This document shows positions 1-8,635 of a stretch of DNA of 17,000 nucleotides, piece after piece; positions within the stretch are counted from its first letter, which is position 1, and the number at the start of each line of letters is the position of its first letter. The position numbers and the translations under genes were made by a program. The notes under the pieces are model-generated. The model made no database searches. It saw only the letters and a program-made list of their open reading frames with translations, and had not been told where the DNA came from. This DNA comes from Takakia lepidozioides (taxonomy: Eukaryota; Plantae; Bryophyta): the NCBI GenBank assembly GCA_030704615.1, contig JAKLZA010000123.1, positions 1 to 17,000 on the forward strand, written 5' to 3'.

Positions 1-158
1 AGATGGCTCACAATAACATTTCATTTGCGAGGCAGGGTTCGCTGTTTCACCTAGACCATCTCCCTCAACTACCAGTTGTGGCTTTCCGGTTGTGTAGTCC
101 AAGGCGGAGAGGTCCGTAGTGTATATAAAGACAACAAATAATACTCACTCAAACACCC

Positions 159-346
159 TGTCGTGCGCATACATATCGCTACACAACTACATCGCTGTCC
201 AAAACCACACAACACATGTGCACACCACACACTAGTATACCACTAGTCTACCACTAGTCCAGCCACTAGTCCAACCACTAGGCTACAACTAGTCAGTCAC
301 TAGGCTGCCACTACGCTGCCCACTATGGCAGTCACTAGTCCACACA
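159..346 (-). repeat. Terminal repeat Y, outer copy (188 bp, TG...CA)
   Basis: Matches 668-855 at 187/188 by eye (atcgCtgtcc vs atcgAtgtcc). Contains about 10 CACTAG-like units of 10-12 bp. Confidence 0.95.
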
Positions 347-347
347 A

Positions 348-665
348 TGATAAAGAAGAAGAATACAAGCACGAGCTCACAAATCTGAAGCATAAACTCA
401 TGCATATATAACCTCATCACTCAAATACAAGTCAAGCCAAGTGCACCCCACGCCATGGGGAATCCACACTACGGCGCCATAGCTAGGCACGGTGAGGCTC
501 AACTCGAGAAAGATGAGCCTCCCGCGCTTGCCGTGAAGATAACCACTCCAGGGCCTAAATCTGCCTTAACCCCTGGATTGACACTTGGGCCAATCTCAAA
601 TGTCAATATGTAAAAGCTAGCTATTTCCTAGCTAGTTTCACACTAGTGGTAAAATAAACTTGACA
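348..665 (-). repeat. Terminal repeat X, 3' copy (318 bp, TG...CA)
   Basis: Direct repeat of 11445-11771. By eye there are 6 substitutions, one 10-bp indel and one 1-bp indel. Confidence 0.95.
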
Positions 666-667
666 GC

Positions 668-855
668 TGTCGTGCGCATACATATCGCTACACAACTACA
701 TCGATGTCCAAAACCACACAACACATGTGCACACCACACACTAGTATACCACTAGTCTACCACTAGTCCAGCCACTAGTCCAACCACTAGGCTACAACTA
801 GTCAGTCACTAGGCTGCCACTACGCTGCCCACTATGGCAGTCACTAGTCCACACA
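668..855 (-). repeat. Terminal repeat Y, inner copy (U3-like, follows the PPT)
   Basis: Direct repeat of 159-346. On the minus strand it starts TGTGTGG right after AGGGGGGCGAT and is joined to X by the dinucleotide GC (666-667). Confidence 0.95.
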
Positions 856-867
856 ATCGCCCCCCTA
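856..867 (-). promoter_or_regulatory. Polypurine tract (plus-strand primer)
   Basis: Minus strand reads TAGGGGGGCGAT immediately before the TG that starts repeat Y, about 250 bp after the pol stop. The tract is short but canonically placed. Confidence 0.7.
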
Positions 868-1115
868 GCTGGTGCTTAGGTCCCTCTAAGTCCAGGTAGC
901 CACAAGATGTGATAGTGACCATAGCCTCACTAAGTCCTCCACCACTATCCCTACTACACTCAAACTCGATAGATCAAGAGGCCGGGTGCAAGAGTTGCCC
1001 CATCGTTAGTCGCCGTCTTGCAACCTGTGAACTTGAGCTTGGGATCTCATGTATTGACTCCTATGAGCTTGGCCTCCCATGTCTTGTTAGCTGCCTCCAG
1101 TCATGTCCACTGCCA

Positions 1116-1355
1116 CTATCCCAAGCAGTGTGGACACAACCAATCTCCGTCAGGAACCTTCTCAAGAGGTGGTGTCAAGCATCCCATATGCCAACCCCTT
1201 GAGCACCGATCACACACCAGCATGGTGGCTGCCCCTTTGGCAGACCCACAGAGCATGCACCTCAAACCTGCAGGTACCACTGCCAAGTTTGGGTCAACTC
1301 TGTCATCGACATTGGGAAGGTGACATGGCGCACAATTACGCACATGGTCTTTCAA
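1116..1355 (-). CDS. Integrase C-terminal extension with a PHD finger (C4HC3); end of the pol polyprotein
   Basis: CMLC..MLVCDRCSRGWHMGCLTPPLEKVPDGDWLCPHC is a canonical PHD pattern. It abuts the integrase ORF 1352-1801 across a frameshift. Confidence 0.9.
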   Translation of the reverse strand: MKDHVRNCAPCHLPNVDDRVDPNLAVVPAGLRCMLCGSAKGAATMLVCDRCSRGWHMGCLTPPLEKVPDGDWLCPHCLG

Positions 1356-2406
1356 GTCATGCCATCCCGACCCTCTAAGATCAGGACCCCTGAGGGCAAC
1401 ACCTCTCGAACCCTCAGAATAACACGCCCTGCAGTAACATCCAGAGTCGTAGGAGCAGTCTGCTGCAAATAAACATAGTCACCAGGGCTAAACCTCCGAA
1501 CCCCAGGACGATATCCTCCACCACGTATAGTGGCATACCTCAACGTATCACGGTGCTGTGCAATGGCAAGGTTCTCAAAAGCCATGGGCATGACTTTCTT
1601 GAACAACTCTGCACGCTGATCACATGCACGTACCCACACGTCCGGATCGTCAAGGTTAAGGACTTGAGCAGTGTCCCTACGAATGGCTGCAGGCAAATCC
1701 GGCTCTCGGCCAAGAGAAGGAAATATGGTGAGAAGGAGGCAAGTGATGCTTGTTTGCTGAACCTGTAGCCCATGGCTAACCAAGGAACCTGAAGATCCCA
1801 ATCTCCTAGGTGTCCCTTCTGCAAGCCATACTTGCGCAAACCCCTCTTCACCATCTGAACAACTCTCTCTGCTAAGCCATCGGCCTCTCAGGATGATCCC
1901 GAGAAGTGGTGCGGTGGTCTATCAAGGCTTTATCACAAAGCCTGAAACTCCCCCAAGAACTCTCTCCCTTGGTCCGTGAGTACCTCAGCTGGAGCACCAA
2001 ATCGGCTAAGCACACGATCCAAGAATGCATACGCAGCCCCCTCACTAGCCTTGTCAGGCAATGGAACCAACTCAATCCACTTGGAGAAGTGCTCCACCAT
2101 CACCAACACATATCTGTGGTGGCGCATAGTCAGTGGCAACGGTCCTGCGAAGTCAAGACTCCACCTGTAGCCCAATCCCATGATAGGTAAAGGATGCAAC
2201 TGTGGTGTAGGGGCGTTGAATGAAGCACGCACCCTGTCACACACCATGCACCTAGCCACAAACTGTTGCACCTCTGTATGCATACCACGCCACCAATACT
2301 GCCCCTGCAGTAAACTGTGAGTGCGTCGCACTCCAAAATGCCCCAACTCCTCATGGGCATGCCGCACTAACCGTGCACGCTGTGTGGGGTGAGGCACAAT
2401 CCTCAC
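1352..2406 (-). pseudogene. Gypsy-type DDE integrase (frameshifted)
   Basis: HHCC motif AHEELGHFG...CMVC. Core motifs WSLDFAGP, VEHFSKWIE, LTDQGREF, GLAERVVQMVK and FSPYFLL, spread over ORFs 1933-2406, 1872-2075, 1540-1854 and 1352-1801. Confidence 0.95.
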
Positions 2407-2749
2407 CCGACCATCCTCCCACTCGAAGTAGGTGTATCCCCTCCCACTTGAACCTCTTGGCTCGTTGCAGGATCCGATCCCTCTCCCTGGCAGTCACAAT
2501 GGCTGCCGTGTCTCCCGTGCGGAGGTAGTCCAACACAGCCGAATCCTCATGTATATCTCTGGCACCACCTAGCTCATCACTAGCCTCAGGGTCCTCAGAC
2601 ACTCCGTCTACAGTCATCCCTGTTGTAGGTCCAATCTGACCTCCCGATGCCAAGATACACAAAAATGCAGATGCGTGCCATCCCGGCACCATCTCCTCGT
2701 CCGTCTCACCATGCCACCGAGCTCCAGTGTCATCCTGCTGGCTCATGCA

Positions 2750-3110
2750 TGGATTGCGACTCAATCCATCCGCATCCCGATTGACCAAACCCGGTCGATG
2801 CACAACCTGAAAGTCATACTCCTGGAGTAAGTGCCCACCGTGCAAGCTTCCCCGTAAGCTTGTCTGACTCCATCAACCACTTGAGTGGCTGGTGATCCGT
2901 GACAAGGGTGAAAAGATTGCCGTATAGATAGCACCTGAAGTGTGCCACGGCCCACACTGCAGCTAAGCACTCTCCCTCATATGAGCTGTACTTAGCCTCT
3001 GCAGCGTTGTTCGAGCGGCTAGCGTAAGCCACTACGAACTCTCTTCCCTCATCCACCTGTGTCCGCTCCAAGCCCCCCGTATGCAGCTGAAAGGGACGCC
3101 CCTGATAGGT
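2750..3110 (-). pseudogene. RNase H of pol (frameshifted; first catalytic Asp region appears deleted)
   Basis: VVAYASRS, YSSYEGECLAAVWAV, VTDHQPL, LQEYDFQVVHRPG..DADGLSR. The N-terminal part reads QLHT-GGLGA where HTDxS..GLGA is expected. Confidence 0.92.
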
Positions 3111-4063
3111 CGTCTCAAGATAGGCGCCGAGGTCAACCTCGCCTTGAGCTCTTGAAAAGCTCGTTCCTGCTCATCTTCCCACTGCCACTCCTGGTCCACC
3201 TTGGTCAGCTTGGTTAGAGCCTTTGCAATGGTACTAAATCCCTTGACAAACCGTCTATAATAGTTTGCCAACCCCATGAAAGCTCGAACTCGGCTCACAT
3301 CCGTGGGGCGTGGAATTTGTGCAATGGCCTCTACCTTAGTCTGCTGTACCCCCAATCCTCCAGGATATATCATGTGACCCAGATACTCAATCTGGTTGTG
3401 GAAAAACTTGCACTTCCCCGGATGCAACTTCAATCCGTGCGCTCTCAAGCGCTCCAATACCACCTGAAGGTGTCTCTCATGCTCCTCCATCGTAACACTA
3501 AAGATGATGATGTCATCTATGTAGCACCGAGCAAAGTCCACCCCTGCTAGAATCCTATCCATGACTCTCTGAAACTCTGCAGGAGCATTCTTAAGCCCAA
3601 ATGGTAAGAACCGCGCCACTGATATAGGCAATCCTTGCCGTGCTCATTGATCCCCAGAATGCCGTCTTCTGCTTGTCCGCCTCCTTGATTGGCAACTGGT
3701 GATATCCGGATCGTAAATCCAAAGTGCTAAAGGCCTTAGCATGCCCGATGGATCAAAGATCTCCTCTGGTGTTGGCATGGCATACTTATCGGACTTGGTC
3801 TGACGATTTACAGGCCGGTAATCACCGCACATACGTCTCTCCGTCCAATTGCCATAGACATCCTTCTTGGCTGGCATCACTGTGGCTGAAGCATACTCTC
3901 CACCAGAGAGCTCCACCAAACCTGCCTCCCAGAGATCTTGAGTCCTCATCTGAATCAAAGACCTCTCCATGTCACTGTATCTATAGGGTCTCCGAAAGAT
4001 TGGCGTGTCAGTGGCCAACTCAATACGGATCTCTTGACCCTTCAGTGCTCCCAAGTCCTTCAA
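3111..4063 (-). pseudogene. Reverse transcriptase, Ty3/Gypsy type (frameshifted)
   Basis: PIFRRPYR, RMCGDYRPVN, LDLRSGYHQ (alternate frame), LPFGLKNAPAEFQR, YIDD (3512-3523), YLGH, FMGLANYYRRFV. Confidence 0.97.
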
Positions 4064-4519
4064 ACTGAAGGCAAAGCAATTCCTGTAAGCCCTCAGGAAC
4101 CGCCGTATACGTCGTCTCTCTCCTCCGGTGACAATGGGTCCAATGTCAGGCTCCCAATTGTCCTCCGTAACTACAACCTTAAGTCCAGTGGGCTTAGAGG
4201 TAGAGGACGCGTCCCGTGGTTGCTATGCTGCAACCTCTTGAGCAGTACTCCCTACCTGCTCAGTCAATGACAAGGCCTCATCCTGCCCCATCATCTCATC
4301 CTTGAGGACCTCCTCAACGAGAAGAATCCCCAACCTCATCCATCACAGCCGCCTTGGCTGCCAACTCCCTCTGAACCTCGAGCACCTCCCACGTGTGCCA
4401 TGGATGCATGCACCCCGTGGTCCTCATATGCTCGCCCCACTCACTGCTGTACCGTCTCGGTAGGCAGAGAGACCATTGAGGGAAGTGTATTCCGCACTCT
4501 GCGTTGCTCAGCTAGAGCC

Positions 4520-5460
4520 AAGCTGATAATCCAGGTCAAGCAATTGAGATCCATTGCTTGCCCCAACACTTGACGACGTGATGCCTCAGAAAGAGACGAC
4601 ACCGCCGTGGTACCAGTAAAACCCATTGCCCGCTCACGCTCGTCAGCATTAGGCTCCACTAACTGCTGCAACTGAGCATCCCACAGGAGGCCAGGTCCAC
4701 TATCCCGGAAAGCATGCGATCCTGGGAAGCTGAGCAGTGTAGGTAATGCTGCTCGTGGTTGACCCCTTGTTGACCACTGCCAAAGGCGAACGGTCATCGT
4801 GTCTCACGTTGAGACTGCCTCCCTGTGTCCAGAATGTTATCCACTGTGAGATGTGCTGGCCGCTGCACCCATCAAATGCACGCTTGAGCAGTGCGGGTGG
4901 CATCATGTTAGTCCACCATAGCCGTGGACGATGAGCCCGTGACCCCACTGTAGCTGCATCTAGCAACACTGCTGACCCAAGCCACGACCGGACTTGATGC
5001 ACACTGGCCATCACCCTGGCCCGAGAATCGCCCATCAGTGGCACATCTCCCAAGATGTATGCTGGAGATACAGCTTGATGAAGCTGCAAGTGGCGCAAAA
5101 CCCGCACCATCTCCCAAAAACAGACCGACCTCGAGTCTCGCAATCCATTGCCATGCCGGCTGATGAATGCCCTTGGCAGGGCCAACCTGCCACTACCAGA
5201 TCAATGGAGCCAACCCGCTCCAAATCCTGCGCCCCCCAGCAACGAAATGTCTGCTGGCAAGGCCTGCTGATATCCACGAATTGCAGACACCGACAACAAC
5301 TCAGGGTACCGCTGCACCAACTGAGCAACATGGCGAAGTGAAACGCGTCGTGCAGTCTCATCCCTCTCCACATACAGGTAACGCCGAACTCGTACACCTG
5401 CCTGTAACACAGCAGCAAAATCCGGTGCTGATCCGCAAACAAGTCCAGAAGACAAATGCC
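4520..5460 (-). pseudogene. C5-cytosine DNA methyltransferase domain, DNMT3-like, embedded in pol between protease and RT (frameshifted)
   Basis: Motif I LLDLFxGISTG (about 5420-5455); motif II YLYVERDE; motif IV IDLVVAGWPCQG (Cys codon 5176-5178); motif VI YIL[GD]VP (ENV in the second copy); motif VIII HRPRLWWTN; motif IX ERERAMGF; motif X RRQVLGQAMD. Motif order is non-permuted. Confidence 0.92.
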
Positions 5461-5820
5461 TTCATCCGGAGACTGCCACACAATAGGTTGTGGTGTGTCC
5501 AATGGAGACAATTGAGGTGGTCCTGGTGCAATCCCACACTCTCCTCCTCTCCTGACGGTACAAAAGCCTCCACCCAGGCTTGTTGCACCCGTCGATCAGC
5601 ATCCCGCTGCAAATCCTTGCTCGTGCCCCACAATGGAGTCTGAGCAACCATGGTAGGCAACTCCGCCATACCATACATGTCATCCTGCTCTCCCGGAGGT
5701 GGTACATCCTCTGAATGAGCATTGCCCTCAAGAACTCTCTAGGCCAACTCACTGCCGCTGTGAATGCTGCTAGTGTCGGCATCTTGCCTCGCTGGGCAAC
5801 CGCAACTCCTCCTATGAACG

Positions 5821-6276
5821 TCACAGGGAGCTGCACACGGCCCTCCCCTGACTGCCATGCAGGCCTATAGGAAGCTGACTCTCCAAAAAATCCAGGGTGA
5901 AGCCCATGGGGTACAACACTGCCCCACCAACCAGGACATCGTATGAGACTGCGTCTGTCACAATGGCCTTGGCTCGCATCACTGAGCCATCTGTAGGGTG
6001 ATCCGGCCGTAGTCTGATAGCCAACTCATGCCGTGTCATGCCCGAGCCTGCTCCGATCCTCCCAGAGACGTCTGTATCTGGAAAGGACAAGGCTCCATAT
6101 CCGCCTCCGTGAGGCCCAAGCTGCAATAGCAGCTCTGCCAGCATCATGTGGCTGAGCTCCCGAGTCCAACAAGACCTCGCAGTGGCCGGTACCTCTTGCC
6201 TGCCGGTCCACTCAAACAGAAAATGCCATCCTGGTTGTCTAACATGACAACTCCAGGTGTCACATGGCGCGCTCAA
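5821..6276 (-). pseudogene. Retropepsin-type aspartic protease (frameshifted)
   Basis: Active site VLLDSGAQP (about 6156-6176) and C-terminal YDVLVGGAVLYPMGFTLDF. Confidence 0.85.
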
Positions 6277-6508
6277 TGGCTGGCCTAGCTGGCAGCTCCA
6301 TCAACATGGCCAGCCGCCGTGGCAGTCTTGACCCTCAAATCGAGGATCCCTCGGCACTACACCTCCCACTCTATCCGCAGAAGATGAAGTAACCTCCCCA
6401 TCTCACAGAGTGTAGCTGCCAGCCTGAACACCTCAGCTGGTCTTTTCCCGGCGTCGCAATCATGGTAGCCGAGAACAATGGAGCCTGGCACACAGATGTG
6501 GCCGCTCT

Positions 6509-8350
6509 CTAACAGCACACTAGCTGCATTAGCCTTGGCAACACTAGGTAGTGGTGCTGCCCGTGTAGCTCTCCCCAAGGCATAGTAACCTCCGCCTCGG
6601 TAACAGTCGGGCGAGAACTAGGTGCCATGGATGGCGTCGACACTGTCTCCGCCAATGTGAATGACTGAGGAAGCCTAGCCTGACGGCTTGCCTCCCCACG
6701 CTGTGGATCCAACTCCACCTCTGCACCTCGTGGCTCAGGAACTCGTGCTGCTCCTCGAGTCACGGCTGCAGCAGACTCCACCTGCACTAGTGGTAGTGCT
6801 GCTCCACACATGAATCCCATGCCTCCCATATCTCCTCCCTCAGGAGCAGGAGGTGGACCATCCGGCCTTAGAGCCGGTACCACCTGAGCTGTAGCCATGG
6901 CAGCGAGCCTCTGCTCTAGCTGCTGAAGCCGGTTGGCCATGCCTTGGTCAACACCCTGACCTCCGCGTCCTTGGCCACGTTGAGCTTGCCCTTGGCCTGC
7001 ACCTCGTGGCTGGCCACCTCGTCCTCTCTGGGCTGCTCCACCTCGCCCCCGCCACCATTGTTCCCTTGGAACTGGCCTGGGCGCAACTCAGGATGCAAAC
7101 CATAACACTGAGCCTCTCCATGCCCGTGTTTGCCACAATGCCCACACTGTAACTGTGCAGGCTGTGCATGTGCCGGCCCTTTGCCTCCCTCTGGACAATC
7201 CTTCTTGACATGGGGTCCTCCACATGTCCAGCACACCACATCCGCCCGTTGTTGGCCAGCAAATGAAGGGAGAGACCCCTGCATCTGAGGTCCTCTCTGC
7301 CCTTCCCTGAGCTTCACCTGAGCCCCCTTGTTGCCTTGAGCACGTTGAGGTAGTGGTTGGCTAGGAGCACCACTACCCCGTGGTGTCTCCTTAGCAAATC
7401 CCACCATGACCACTCGTTCCTCCACCATGTTGAGCTCTATCCGCTCTGCCAGCAAAAACACATTTGCTAAGGTGGGTTGGGCCGCTTGTAGGAGAGTTGC
7501 ATCCCGCACCCTTCTCCTCAGCTCCTTGTCCAATATCCCATACCAGAATTGGACTGCCTGAGCTTCCGTAACCCCTTGGGTTACATTTATCAAGCGCCTC
7601 ATGCGAGTGAAAGCCTCCCTCAAGCTCTCGGTCGGCTTCCGTTGGCCGTCTTTGCAACTTCTGTCCTCTTGGTGTCCTCTTGGTATTCCCTCTCAACTCT
7701 TCGAAGAACTCCACAACAGGGTTGAAGGCAGGCACGGGTGCTAGTGCTGGTGCGGTAGTGGCTTGGGTGGATGTCGTAGCTACTGTACCACCAGTCCACT
7801 GCTACTTGCTGAAGCTGCCGGTGCAGCGGCAGGTGTAGCCACTGCCCTCGTGGCTCTAGTGCCCCTAGTGATGGAGACATAGTCGGGTGTGACCAGTACA
7901 TCCTCCACTCCTCGATCTCAACCTCATGCCCCCGCCTGAACTCATGGTAATCATCCATAGGCGGCCCCTCAAGGTGCTGAAACAGCCCTTCCATGCCATG
8001 AACGGCGTAAATAGTTGTGGATTGCGCATTTGCTGCAAATCACACCAACTATCAAACTCTTGGATAAAATCATCCAACTCAATGGTGCCCACCGCCCCAG
8101 AGTACCTTCGTGGCCCCTTGGTAGCTCCATACATCTCCTCCATTGTGTCCCACAACAATGGCAAAGAAACAACTTGCACCGCCGGTATGAGCCCTCCTGA
8201 TTCACAATCCGAATCAGAACCTTCCGTGGAAGACACAGGAGGTGAAGGTGGCCTAAACCGCACACCTCGTCTCGTGTACCCACTAGTATCGCTAGTGCTC
8301 GAACCGGCACTGTCCCCAGCAACTAGTGGCACCTCCGTGTTGACACTCAA
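6509..8350 (-). pseudogene. Gag with two zinc knuckles (frameshifted; true start uncertain, possibly up to about 8450)
   Basis: Capsid-like ELDDFIQEFDSWCD...ESLREAFTRMRRL...FWYGILDKELRRRV. Knuckles CWTCGGPHVKKDC (7195-7233) and CGHCGKHGHGEAQC (7105-7146). Confidence 0.85.
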
Positions 8351-8635
8351 CCGGTCATGAACATGTCCCTAACCCCCTCTCCACAAGGTAACCGGGTAGA
8401 GAACCTGTTGCGGCTTATGGTTTGGAATACTAAGTTCCTAACATAGCCTACACCTGAACTTGCATGACCATGGGAATATCATGAAGATACTCCTCAAACC
8501 GCCCTCCACGAGCTTCAAAATTCGGCCTTCCAGACCACATGCCAGTCCTTAGTCCACCAGTGCCTCCACGAGTCAGCACAGGCCATCCACAGGTCAACAC
8601 GGGCCACCACAGACCAGCACAGGCCCACACAGCTC

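Noticed and set aside
112-130. CCGTAGTG (CACTACGG on minus) and an adjacent TATATAAAG as a CACTA end or promoter
   Set aside because: The motifs are too short and lack subterminal repeats or other support within the window.
229-341. CACTA motifs in repeat Y as CACTA-transposon termini
   Set aside because: They are internal tandem CACTAG units in the same orientation, with no TIR pair or TSD.
159-855. Y as two independent solo-LTR insertions flanking X
   Set aside because: This would need two insertions within 1-2 bp of either end of X with no TSDs, and the PPT adjoins Y rather than X. It is less parsimonious than a permuted Y-X LTR, though not formally excluded.
4520-5460. Bacterial restriction-modification methylase or host DRM/DNMT3 gene
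   Set aside because: The domain is intronless, sits between retroviral-type PR and RT in the same orientation and is repeated in a second element. It has no PWWP/ADD/UBA domains and no DRM permutation.
909-8360. Numerous short plus-strand ORFs opposite gag-pol
   Set aside because: They are antisense shadows of the coding strand with no recognisable motifs.
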